Positions 14,190 through 27,400 of a DNA stretch of 64,000 bases are shown here, piece after piece (positions within the stretch are counted from its first letter, which is position 1; each line of letters opens with the position of its first letter). Origin of the DNA: Catajapyx aquilonaris (taxonomy: Eukaryota); assembly GCA_000934665.2 (NCBI GenBank), contig KZ537991.1, forward strand, positions 1-64,000. Direction: 5' to 3'. The translations under genes were made by a program, and so were the position numbers. The notes below the pieces were generated by a model that did no database searches, had not been told where the DNA came from, and saw nothing but the letters and a program-made list of their open reading frames with translations.

Positions 14190-15507
14190 TGATTAAATTT
14201 TAATTCCTGTTGTAAACGACCACATTTGTAGTAAACAATTAATTAGGTTTATATAATGCAGTTCACAATATTATGGGTTATGATTATCAAAGTTTAAATT
14301 TTAAATATTATAATTACACGCTCGACATAACATAACCACATATGTCATGCGCATTAGATATTATCGTTCGAGTAAATCTGATAACAAAACTATGGGCCAA
14401 AATCCGCGCTTAAAATGTAGGCTACTCATGATTCTGCTGGCTACTTTAATAACCATAGAGTAAAACGGATGTAAATATTCCCCCTTATTGTGATATCAGA
14501 ATTTTACATCGAAACGTGCGCCACGCGGCTTGGGTACCGCATACAATTGCGGTTATGCGGTGCGATATTTCAATTCTATATCGCGTAACCGCTGCTTTGA
14601 GTGCAGGTTACACTTGTGCATGGCCAGCAGTCGCCTAAGCGCAAATATTTAAATTTTTATACACCTCCATATAATTGCCCATTTACCAACATAACACAGC
14701 TTACACCCCAACAATACTCCAGCGCCTTTCGCAAGTAATGCACCAAGAAAACTTCGTTGACATGTAGTAATTACAATTTTTTTTTGTAAGGAAGCATCGG
14801 AGCCAACTATATTTACTGCATGATAACTTGATTACGCGACAAAATATATTGCACGTCAGAATAAGTTCCGGGGAAACATATCACTCTTTGACTCTCCTAA
14901 TTCCGTGCGTAAAACCAGTGATTTACCACCACCATGTTGGCAACTTCCTCCCATGTCCAACTGATTCATTCCTACCGCAAGGCTACCCAAATGACCATAG
15001 GCCAATCATTCAATAGCCCTTCCCTCCCCGCACTTCTATAAACCAGATTCTTGTCCTGGCTATCAGACCCCATTATCTCCACGCCATCGCCATTAAAAAG
15101 GGCGGTCCTATGTTTTTTGAGAGGACCGTAAAGCGGTTTCAATGGATTTTTTCCGGTGCTCCTCTGCATGTCCACGTTGCGTGGCCATAAACGTCTCTGA
15201 TTAAGCTAACCAGATCGTTGGAAAAAAAAAGTAGACTTTTGCAAATAACGAATAGAAAAAAAGGAGGAATCAATGATGCGGGCGTCGATGCGACAGCGAC
15301 CAAACCCGCGAAATCGACCAAACATCCATTTTCCTAGACACCGTTTGTTTTGTTTTACTTTCCGGGGGCTGAGGTGGACATTTCCGGAATTCCAATGGGG
15401 GTTTAGCTGATAAATACGGTAGGGAAGGGGAAGTGTCCTGGAGGTGTCCAGAGACAGACTTCTCCGCGCAAAAAGCAGTGGGATCCAACCCTGAATGACC
15501 ACTATAC

Positions 15508-16263
15508 CCGGGGAAAAAAAGGACCAAGGACTGACTCCGGGGAGTTGCGGGATTTGCTTCCGAGCCTCCCCAGACCGGTCGTTTGGGGAAAGTGAATGTG
15601 ACCATCAATTTGTCGCACCTTCCCCACCACACACACCACCACCACCAAATCGCACCGGAAAATCCGGATCCTGCATCTACCTAACAGGTTAGCTTTACCT
15701 TGATAAAACCTGTCGGTATTGGAAGTGACACCCAATTTTTTTTAGCGCCCCTCGTATACAGTATCGACAGCATAACCCCTCAAAAAAAGGGATCGTGCGA
15801 CCCTCCACGGCACCCTAAGCGATCTGATTGGTTGAGCAGAGGGTGGGGGCCTTCTGATCCACCAATCACATCGGTGGGTACAGTGTGGTGCAAAAGAAAT
15901 GCTACTTTTAAACCCTATACTTAACCACAGAGGTAGAAATATTTATAGGACATGACTATTTTTAAAACTTATGTAGTTAGGTGTAGGCTAATCTGAAGAA
16001 CAATTTGAGAAAATGTCAGGATCCGATCCAAGGTGAGTGACCACGTACAACCACTATTTTTGGCAAGATCCCCAAAGGTCCGGCCAAAAAACCCGCGGGG
16101 GGTCAACTATCACTACACCTCTGGCTTGGTTTTTCACATCTAACTCCGGGAATAGTCGTCCTCCGGGAAAAAAAAAGAAGCGAGTCCCCGGAGTTTGCGG
16201 GGATTTTACCCTCGCCCTCCGACCAGCCGTTTGGGGAAGTGAATGTGACCATCAATTTGTCGC
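15508..16263 (+). repeat. Diverged local direct repeat, about 100-110 bp per copy (approx. 15508-15616 and 16164-16263)
   Basis: Core CGTTTGGGGAA(A)GTGAATGTGACCATCAATTTGTCGC at 15580-15616 and 16228-16263 differs by one indel. The upstream parts align loosely (CCGGG-A run...GGAGTT(T)GCGGGATTT). Confidence 0.85.
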
Positions 16264-17273
16264 CTCCGCAAATCCAGCTCTCTCTCTCTCTCTCTCTCTT
16301 TCCCCCCCCCTCACCCTCCCACATCTCCTGGAAAACCCCCACCGACGTGAGCTATGCCCCGGAAATCACAACCTGGCAGAGCGGGACTCCGGACCCGCCC
16401 TGTAATTTCGCCTCCCGCCAAGCCTGGCTAATGAAGGTCTACCCCTGGGCCAGAGGGGGCGAAAAGAGATGGGGAGGGGATGGGGGGACACTTTTTGCAT
16501 TTACACACAGGTAGATAGATAGATGCAAGCTGAGCCAAGCCTCCGGATCCGCCCACTGTCCGTGTCACTCACATGTTCACAGATTCAACAGAATTCAGAA
16601 ACATCTGCTTAACGGACTTGTTGGGGGCAGAATTTCACTATTTTTTCACAAAAAAAAACGAGGCTAATATTTCATAAACATGACCAGCATCAACTGAAAT
16701 ATATGGCAGTCACTCGTCCCATGTTAGCTGGAAGCGTAATTACAGGAGTGACCCGCTCAGGCGGTGTCACTCACATCCTTCCAGCATTTTTAATTGCGTT
16801 CTCAAATTTTATGTCACCCTCAGATGCCTACCTTCCTTCATACCTGAGGGAAAATGAGGGCCCAAAAAAAATATGTAGTGAGTAGCCTGGAGTGGACTGC
16901 GGCTCATCCAAGCTCCAGTGCAGCACTAAGATGTCCCCGGGACGATTTCAACTCGCCTTGACATGTATGAACCGCATTGAAAACGACCAGGCGTGCTCTA
17001 ATTACATCAAACGATAACGAGCATCTTTTAAAAGGCTAAAGCCAGTTTGCCCCCAGATGTACTGTACGCGTATGCTCGCTGGCACGGAACCTGGATGCGG
17101 CACAAAATATAACCGTGGTCACCGAAGCATTTGATTACACGTCGCCTATTTATCAACCCCTCCTCCTCTCCCACACATCCTACACCTCCCCGTGCTTTAC
17201 ACCGAAAAAAAAGTGCGCTGTTTTATTACACGGCCATGTGTGTGGGCTTCTCCCGTGACATACGTATGCTGCG

Positions 17274-17324
17274 GGCGCTAGATGGCAGCAAAACCGCGCC
17301 CACTTTCTCTGCTGCCATCTGCCG
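17274..17324. promoter_or_regulatory. Inverted pair of CTCF-like motifs
   Basis: AGATGGCAGCA (17280-17290) and its exact reverse complement TGCTGCCATCT (17310-17320). The first sits in GCGCTAGATGGCAGCA, resembling the CTCF core consensus. Confidence 0.35.
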
Positions 17325-20121
17325 ACAGCCGAATCTCATCAAGCGGGGATGGGACCTGACATGGGGGGCACGCCTTGGATTCTTTTGTTGCAGGATACGT
17401 GAAATAAGGGAGCGGGGAAAAAGTAATTATGCGAGCACAACATGCCAGCTGGCTCACTTGTCACGGTAATTGCTGCGTGTCTCGGTAAATAAGTACGGAC
17501 ATGAGCAAATTGTAGGATTAAAGACAACAAGTGATTGTACCAAACATGGCGGCGCACACGTGTGGACACCATTTGGTGTAAGGTCATACATCTATAGAGT
17601 AGATCATCCTCACTTATATTCATATAAAATGTGCTCGTTGGCTGGGATAGTTATTAGTCGTGAAACACACTTTGACTAATGAGTGAGTAATGCGTTTTGG
17701 CCGCATTTCCACTCATGAACCAGCCCTTAGTTTGTCAACTTGGCAATCTGAATTTCAGAGGAAAACTTATCATCCTCGGGGTGAAGTTCTGCGACCCCAG
17801 CTGCTGTTAAGCATCCTGTTTACTACCCCCGTACTTTTTTTTACAGAAATATAAAATAAAAACGAATGTAATGACAGTGTGAATTGCGAGGTTGGTGTGG
17901 ATAGTGCTGGAGTGTTCAATTCCATCGATTGCTAGAATCCAAAATATTGCTAAAAAGAACCCGGCGCCTTGGACAAGGTTCAAAGAAGCGGGGGGCTACA
18001 AGTTTTTGCTCTTTTGGTGGAAATGGATAAGAGCGATTCCGAGCCCAGCACTATAGACTGGAGGTGAAAGCAACGGTTCACCGCACACTCACTCCTTCAG
18101 CGAAAAATTTCTGACACGTCCGCAATTCCTGGCAACACAGTACTAGCCCCCTCAATTATTCCTTCAAAAAGTGCCCATTGTCAAAGTCGTGCAGCAGCAA
18201 AAAAAAAGAAAATCACTGGGTGGTCCAATAAGTTTGCAGAAAATTATTATTTAGCTGACACATCCACTTGTCCATTCAGGATGTGTCACCCTGTTGTTAT
18301 TGTGCCGCCATGTCTGCCAAGACGGTGTCACGAGTGAGATGACTTTTTGGGCGTAAGTCCAAGTCATGAGAGATTTTCTTTCTCGGGAAGTGGGGTGGGG
18401 GGTGGTGGGACCTCCTTTTCGTCTTAACCAATCATCCTTATCGCGGGGGTCTCATCGGCCGAGGCACTTTCACAAAGGGCCTCATTCTTCCCTTCAGATA
18501 CAGACTATCTTGAGCACACTTTCGGGATTCGCCCTTTGACACCCATAAATACAGGCGACAGATTTGTCACTGTCATGCGTCAACTTGTCCGGCGTTGCAG
18601 CTTCCTTTTTTTGTCTTTTTTTTAAGGGAAAGGCGCTGCTGGCTGGAAGTGTGGAGGTAAAAGGGCAAAGTGCGACATGAAATGAAATATGAGCCACGAT
18701 GCACTGGAGAGATTGTTTCAAAGCGACAGTGCAACAAGAACTACTTTTTGAACACAAAATGTGGCATTATAAGCCTGCGGTTATACTGATAAACTTCATT
18801 CGAAAAGCCTTGGAGAAAGCCGACGCAAACACATGTTGGGGATAAGTTATTACGCCCGTTGTAAGTGGCATTCAATCGGCATAATAGGTCTACAATCGAC
18901 ATTGTAGCATCACTAATGACAGGTCCAGTAACTGTTGACGCCCATTCCATGGGGAGTCGACACCGCCATTGTGCTATTGTAAGTGCTCGAAATGACGTCA
19001 GAATATTTTTCATACGGTATGACATCATCGGAACGCCTCATAAAATGAAAGGTTTTGGAAGCTAACGCGTCAGAGTGAATTGCAGGATAAGAAGTAGGCT
19101 AAATGTCAAGTAAACAAAAAATGTAGGACACCATTTCACTTCCTCAAAAAAAACACAAGTTCCGATTGTTACATTTTCATGCCAAATTTCATGACTTGTT
19201 GTTTTTAGTGGTCATTGCGACAGAATTGACCTTTCCTGACTCTAGCCAAACCCTCCAAACTTTTCCTCCTCCAAAATGTCATTTCAGGTGTTGGCCATCT
19301 GGTCCCCGCATTTATTTCGACCCTCTCTGGCCATATCCTATTTCTAGACAGTGTATCCTCCTGTTCAGGCACGAAGCCTAGTCAAAACATCTCGAACGGA
19401 AGGAGTCCGGCTTACTGTCAGCGCCAGCTGGGTCGCACAAGTCGCACGTTGAGAGAGAGCATTGCGCGCACCCGCCATCTTCGCGACCCTTTTTCTGCTG
19501 AGGGACAAAGGAGCAGGGCCTCTACCAAAACCCTCTGAGAAACGGGGATGATGAAAAGTCAGTTTGCCTCCAGACGCGCCTGAAATTCGTCTCTGTCTGA
19601 GCCCCCAACCCTCAGGTTTCAAATTCGAGCAAATGGCCCCGTTTGTACCTAACTCGCTTCCAAGGACACATGTTGCACTCAGCCTCCCTCCCCCAAAAAA
19701 AGGGTGGGCCAACCATTTCAAATGTGGACCTACCCTAAAGTCGGCTGTAATATTATACGACGATAACAATCAAGACAGAGATGCTGCTACTGCAGGCTGT
19801 GCTTCCGGCTGCTGGAAGACGCCATGACAGGCCCAAGGACTTACCAAACTCGTAACGGCTTCATTAGAGGAAGGTTCTCTCCCTCCCTTCCTTTGATGAC
19901 CTCGCGTTGGAGATAAGGACGTTTTCTTGCTGCTCTTGCAGATATCTTAGGCGCTGCGAGACTCTGCTTTTACGCGGAAAAGCTACTTCTTTCGGGCTTC
20001 CAATGTTGTGCAAGAAGACTGGTATTTTCGGGAGGGCAGGGCGGGAAAGGATGTAAACGGATGCGTGCGAGCTGTACATGTAATTTCCATGAAGGAGCGG
20101 AGGTCATGTGTGGAGATTAAC

Positions 20122-20539
20122 ATCGTGCGAATGCGCAACAACACGCTCTTTCTTGTGTACAACACTCGACAACAGACAATCATGAATATTTACTACGGCA
20201 TGAGGCTACCAATGACACTAGCTATCGGTTTAGGCACACCTATAGGGTGTCATGACATCATATAGTAACAATCATAGTCTAATCAAATTCAGAATTTTTT
20301 TGGGGCAATTACGTTGAATCCATATTAACTTGATGTTGATTTTATAATTGTTTTAATATTTTGTATCACATCCGAGATGGGTCATCACAAAAGCGCGTTT
20401 AAGTTGGCAGCCCTATAACATTGGTTCAGGCCCTTTGTCAGCAAACCAAAATCATGTGTAAATGCGCAAGAACATGCGGCTTTTTTGTGTGTACAACACT
20501 CCAAAGAGGGGGGTGATAATCATAAATATTTACTGTGGC
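20122..20539 (+). repeat. Diverged local direct repeat, about 80-90 bp per copy (20122-20199 and 20451-20539)
   Basis: Shared collinear blocks AATGCGCAA(C/G)AACA, TGTGTACAACACTC and AATCAT(G/A)AATATTTACT..GGC. Confidence 0.8.
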
Positions 20540-21194
20540 TTCTGACCAGAAACAAATGGCCGTTTCGCCTAAATGCTTCAGGAGCCAATGCTTCATTAAT
20601 GTAAATCTATCACACTACGCAATTACCGGGAGAGTTACACTCCATTTCAGTTGATTTAATGTAATAACTCGTTGCAACCCACTCGTTATAGTCAATTTGG
20701 GCACCAGATTCCAAAAGGGGAATGGAGGGTGGGGGAAGCGGCCCCGGTTGTTTGTGGATAGCAATACTGCATTATGCATTGAATCCTATATGAAGACCTT
20801 TCTTAAAATAAGTCGCTTTTGGACAGTTACAAGGCGCAGGGGGTGCTGGTTTTGATATGCGTTGGTGGTAGGATAGGATGGAGGGTATAGTGGTGGAAGA
20901 TGATAAATCTCTCGCTGCACCATCCGCACCCAAGAGATGCTCGTTATCTTTTAAGCGACAAAACGGAAGATTCCCCCTCCCCTCCCAACCCCCCCACTTC
21001 CTTTCCAGATTCTTCTCTCCCCACCCCCCTCCACCCCTAGCTTGAAACCTCAAACTTCCTCCTCCTTTAGGGGTTTCCAAGCCCCGAGCTTGTGGTTTTA
21101 CAAATTGTCGCTATGAATTTTGTCCAAGCGCATCTGTTAAAGACATCGGCTAGGCCTGGGCGCCATTTAGGACCTCTTTTTAGGCTCGCCTGGC

Positions 21195-21450
21195 TGGCAA
21201 CAGTGAAATGGAAAAAAATGGATGCTATCAGCATGGCAACAGTGAGTTAGAGACGCAATCTGGCAACATTGTATAGGTCAGCTGGCAACTGTGGACTTGT
21301 AACGAATACCGTTTGAACTTTATCACTGATTTAGTATATCATACATGTTTATACAAGTCATCAGATCAGTATCATTGTGTAAAGTATGATCCTGTGACAA
21401 TAACCAGCTGGCAACAGTGACTGATATCTTACTGGCCAGCTGGCAACACC
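21195..21450 (+). repeat. Cluster of six co-oriented TGGCAAC motifs
   Basis: TGGCAAC at 21195, 21234, 21261, 21283, 21409 and 21441; three copies extend to TGGCAACAGTGA. Confidence 0.8.
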
Positions 21451-24400
21451 GAATCAAAAAAAGGCGAGGTGTTAAAGGCTGGCTGCGGTGTTAATTAATA
21501 ACAGTAGGTGGTGGACTGACAGCAATGAAGCACCGCCGGAGCACTGATGATGACAGATGGTATGAGCATTGGAATGGTAGCCCGATATAGGAGTCAGCAA
21601 AAAAGAAAGGGGGGGGGGGGGACAACTGTTGATGTGGAGACGATAATATATATATTTTTTGTGTGTAAAATGGAATCGATGAGCAGAAAATAACCCGGAC
21701 AGATTAGCGGTTCCTCGAAACTCCGAAGCACAAAAGCGATCCTGATGACATGGCCCCCCTTTTTCCCTTTTCAAATCCTCGATTTGCCCGGATTTTCTTC
21801 TCAGTCCCGTAGGATACCAATCTACGTTTCCTTCAGGACAGGACTGATGATCCTACCAAGCTGATTCGACTGATGGTTGGAACGATCCAGATTACAACGT
21901 TGGACACACAAAAAATTGGAAAAATTTAAAGCATGGACTGTCAAATCTCATATCCAAGATTGTCCGTCATAAATAATCCAATCTCTCAATAATAGGTTGT
22001 TATTACTTCACTATTTCTGGACAAATAATGATATTCTCTGCAGTCGTCACCAGTCAGAAGATTACAAAAAGGCAACCCCCTAAGCTTTATGAAGTTATGG
22101 CCTGGAAATTGCTGTGCCTATTTGATCACGCGACCACATTACAAGTCGATTAATCATTTAAGCTTTACCTGAGCTTTGATTGCGTCTAGATGCCGATAAG
22201 CACGTATATTCCGGAGGGGGGTTGCGATGGAATCTTGCAAGAAAAGCAGAACAAGAGACAGACTAGAGAGGAAATACAAAAAAAAACAGGCGCCATTTCC
22301 TTTTGTTCGACAGGATAATGGGCGCCGACAAAGTTGGATCCGTGGAATCCGGGACTGGTTGCCTGGAACTTGTACCCGGGATGGTGCTGGAGGAACTCGA
22401 TTTAGGGTTTTCCCCTCCTCCTCCGTCTCCTCGTCCTCCCCACGAAAAGCGCCATCTTCACTCCGAATAACAAGCACCCCCCATGAAAAGCCTCCGCTAC
22501 TGTAATTACTAATTAGCAAGCCATTGTCCCAGTCTCACGCTTATCCTGTATAGGTGTAGAAATTAGTGCAAATGCCTCCTGAACCAAAAGGTAAGAAGGT
22601 GGGGGGGAAGTCCTGGCTCGTACTTGCCCGAGGAAACATGTCCATTGTTCCGCCTGGCAACACTGCCTGGCGCCGCCATCTTTTTTTAAATATTGTCCTG
22701 TCGACACATTCCCTCTTGATAGATCCGGTCAAGGCTTTCATAGGTCCGAGGCATGAACTGAATTTAATGGCTATAATTAATCTAGGCGGCTGTAAGCTTG
22801 CGGAAAGCTTTGTCGTAAAGGAACAAAACAAGAATAGGACATAGTAATTGACTATGCTTTCAGTGAAAGACAAACGAAGGGCCTGGCTGTAACATGGATG
22901 GCAGGCCTGAATACGCAATTTGGGAGATGGGCCTTTGCTGCGTGCGAATATTTAGGGCTAACTTCTCGCCTTGTTAATAATAAACCCCTAGCTTAATTGT
23001 TGCCGAGGTAATAGAGGGGGAGGGAAAAAAAGTGCTGGCTCGACACAAACTACAAAATCCGGCAGTGTTCCAATTTGCAATTTAGCTAACTACTTGCATT
23101 ATATAAGAAGCAAGGAACAGTGCAAATGACATTAACCCGCCCCTTCCCTTCCCAACAGAAGCAACTCCTTGCAGAATTCCCAGGACGAGTACTCCAAACG
23201 GCTTTTCCCTCACCCCCACCGTTTCATTTGCCGACTAACTTGGAAACTCCGGAATTGCCCGGATTTTTCCCGGTTAGAAATGACGGTTTCTCCCTACCGC
23301 AGAATAGGAGATGCATTGATTGAGGCCTGTTCCATTCGTGGGGAGAAGCCTGGAAGTCTGGTTCTGTGTAAAGTGTTCATAAACAGGATGGCAAGACTTG
23401 TTGTCAACAACAGAACAGGGTGAGAATATTACATTCATTGACTATACGGTGGGGGTCTAAACTTGCCCTGATGCGACCGCATTGTGACCGAAGCATTCTC
23501 TCGGATAAATGTGAGAATAATGACTACTACACTAAAATAAAAATTACTCAACTTGTTTCAGCACTTTGAGTGCAAACATGTAAGCATTTTGCAACATGAT
23601 AATTTTTTTCCCCTCAGCTGAAACCTCAAGTGGGATTCCTCCGAAAAGCGACCTCTAGTTACGAAAATCCTCTCCCCCCCTCATCCTAATCAGCTCAGCA
23701 AATATGATCCTCAAGGGTAACCGGAACACACAAGAGAAATTAGTGCTAATTCGGCCCCTGATTTCGGCTCAAGAAAGTCCTTTGAAACTTTGCCGAAAAG
23801 CCTTTCCCCTCCCAAACTGCAACCCACATTCTCACAACACTGATTGGAACCTTGGTAGCAAGAGCCCAATGAAGCATCCACGATTGAGTTTCCACTAAAA
23901 TATATCCCGCGTGCCACACCTTTGCAGGGATACCATTGTTCCCCCTTTCCCTTTGGTGGTGGATAGATCGACGACAATCGTATCGAGACACACGCGTCGC
24001 AACCAGAGGCAATTAGGGGCCTTCAATGTTGAGAGAAGGTCAGTCTGTTGACTTGTGAGAATCCGGCCAGATAAGACCAGCTTCCGGAAGTTCCCTTCCC
24101 CCTCCAAAAAGAGCTAAGAAAAAAAGGCTCCAATCTGTTCATGTTCGACCCTTTTCCCTCCCTCCTGCCTCCTGCCTGCTGAAAATCCTCCAATTTCTGA
24201 ATGGACCAAGTAACGAATCCTTTTGTTCAGTTCGGATCCTCAGCACCTTCGGGAGAACAAACTGGGCTAATCGAGCCCGGAAACCTTGCCCGATGACCTT
24301 CTTCAACACAACAGGAAACAATTAGCAAGCGGTCTTCTCTCCCCTCGACCCCAAGACATATAAGCTGGATGATACCCTTATCTCAGAGCCAGGACGAAGA

Positions 24401-27400
24401 TGCAAGCTGGGGAAGAACCACGGTATAAAAAGGGGCAAAAGGAGGTTGAACTCCTGCCAAGAATGCGAACTGTCGCCAATGGTCTCTGTTGGCAGATTTG
24501 GAGGCCACGCTTCGCCAAATCCATCCACTTGGATTCAGCTCAGAAAAGGGTAAAGTGGCAGAGAGTAGTCTTTTGCAAGGATCATAAATGTGAAGGGAGA
24601 ACACTTCTCTCTTCTTCTTTTTTCCTCCCCCTTCCTCTTCTCTTCACATCGATGGATACATATCCTGGATGGACACGTAATTTTACCGGGTAATAGAGTT
24701 TGGGTTACGAAGGAGCCGAACCCTGTTGAGATTTTACTGCCGACAGGTGTAGATAACTGCAGGCCTTACATGCAAAGAATATTGACGATATAGTATAAAA
24801 CGGGTTTCACTTTTCTGCGGCAGTTCAAAGGTCAATCAGCATCTACTGGCACAACAATGCCGAGTCTATTCCCCCCCCTACTTTACATGAGCCTTAATTA
24901 AAACGCGGCCCTTTCTGGACCGCGGTTTGGTTCATGAGGCAAGTCAGCTCTTGCGCAGCTATTGACCCCTTTGCTCTCCCGCAATCAAGACGATTCTGGT
25001 CGCAATCTGAGAGATTGGGCCGACTTCCGAGGAGCCTTGTTGGGCACATCCCACAAGCTTCTTGGTAGGGTCGGGCGCCCTCTTCAGAAACCCACTTCAA
25101 CACCCTTCGCCTTGTTTGCAGGGGCTTCTAACGAGGCCCACTTCTGCAAGGATGGGGGGTGAAGGTCAAAAATCTTTGCCCAGTTTTTGGAGAAAAAAAG
25201 GAAGCTGCAGCGCTTCATATCTCATCAAACTTTCTCCCCCAATCAATGCGACGAGTTATCGGCTGGGAAAAGGAAGGTTAACAATGCCTGCCTGCTGTCC
25301 CCCTAATCTGATGATTTCCTATTCATCTCTGGAGCCCCCTCCTTGGTCTCTCTCCCTCTTCGGTGGTTCCAACCAGCGTCTCTAATGAGGTTCCATCAAG
25401 TCCCAACACGTCTTCCACTAAGGCCCTTTCTCTCTGCAGCAGGACTTATTTTTGGGGAAAACGGTCACATACATCACATTCGCGCGCTTTTCCCTCCGCC
25501 CCTACTTTTCCATTGTTCTCGGGACAGTTCGTGGTCTGGACACCAGCGGCGCCCTAATCAGGACAGGGGCATGAAACGTGACAGAGAAAGATGCCCGTCA
25601 TGATAACTTTATTGGGGCAAAGGGAGAGGGGCAGGCTACTATACCTTGACTCCTCACACCTGGGTTAAGTGTATGCGGGCTGTCTGTCCGGATTAAGACC
25701 AGTTTACTTGACGGGAGCACACCTGCTCTAGAAGCCTGCACTTTATAGCTTCCAAATTTGTGGCCAGCACACTCACACAATTTGTCTTTCTCTAGAACAG
25801 TCTCCATAAATTAGGTCATCCATCAAATTAAAGAGACTGCATGATGAGCATCAAGTGATGAGGTCATACCTTATCTCTTTTTTAACATATTCTGAGAATG
25901 AGCACATAAAATTGACCAGGAATAATTACGTAATTAAACACAAAGTCTTACTCCTGTTGAAAAAAAAGTTTCCCCCACCATAATACTTGCCTCCATGTGA
26001 ATACAAATTGCTGGCCAAGTTTGGCCTAATTAGAACTTCACGCAATCACACAACAGCGCCCATTATACCCGAATGTATGGCGTCCATTCTAGACATAAAA
26101 TAGACGTCAGTCAACCACCCCAGCAGCCTCCATTCAGTCCACCCAGTTCCAAAATAGACCTCAGAAAAAAAAGAGAGGCCTATAGTTGTCTCCATTTTGG
26201 CAATGTCTAGTGGGGTGGGCCCAGTTTGCCCATTAGGACTTCCAGAAGGCGCGCTAATCACAAACCGCATCTGGCACGCGAGCAAAGGTGTTTAGCACAA
26301 GGGAAAGGACACTGGCTGCGAAGGTTAATTAGTGGTTGGTGGGTGGCAGCTAGGATTTTTTTGGGGGGTGAGAGAGGGGCAGGTCCACCCCCGAAATCTC
26401 TCTTTTTCTAGGTAATCTCTTCATCGTGGCTTCCGAGGCTTTCCTTTTGATGAAGAGGCTCTTCACGGCTGCTACCCCCGTATATATACGTGTCCAGGAC
26501 TAAATTCGGTCCTCCTTGGTTTGTCACACGTCAAGTCCCAGTAATAGATGGCCGTAATCACCTCCGGCCAGTTCGTTTTTTTCCATGTAATATAAGCTTC
26601 TAAATCAAAGGTTAATGTGCAAATACGGGGACTGAGTTTCCTCAACGACGACTTCGCACGCTAGTAAGGCGAGGAGTGGGCAATTATCTTAATAAGCCAA
26701 CCATGTTTACAGATTGCGAATTGCTATAGCTGAAAATGCTTATATGAAACGTGCTATCTTGAATATAGGATACAACCAAGAGTTCTCTAAAAATATTCTC
26801 CGGATTTCTGATACACCTGGCTTATTTGTATCCTGCTTTCGAGCTGCATCGGAGAAAACGTCAAGTGCATCGCGGTTTTACAAGATAAAGCTAGCCTGTA
26901 ACTGCCCTGCTGCTCAGTTCCAGGCCTCGGATCCGTTTCGACCCGCATTCCTCAATCTCTGTCACTTCCACTCCCGAGGCTTCCTCTTGAAGAAGGAGAC
27001 TTCGGAAAACCATTCCCAGAGTCCAGAAAACCAATTTCCGTCCTTATGTTTATCGAATAAGCAAACGCAGGATTCGATTTTAGTCTTCCCCCCTCCACAA
27101 CACGCACCATCTGACCTCCAGGGTGGTCAGCTACAAAGGAAGAATTTTTGGAGCTTATCAGCATGGGGCATCTTTGTTGTCTTTGAGTCTTACCCACCCC
27201 CACTTTCTCGTCTTGGTCGCCCCGGAAAAGTACACAGATTGACAGCAAATCCTTTGGGCAAACGGCGAACACGGGGGTGAAGGCCCACAAGCTGTTTGAA
27301 CAGTTGAAGCAAAGTGCCGACACACCCCGAGCCCAAAGCCCTGAATCGACTATGAAGGCTGCTTCTGAAAGCGATATCCTGAATACCATTAACAGCTTCT

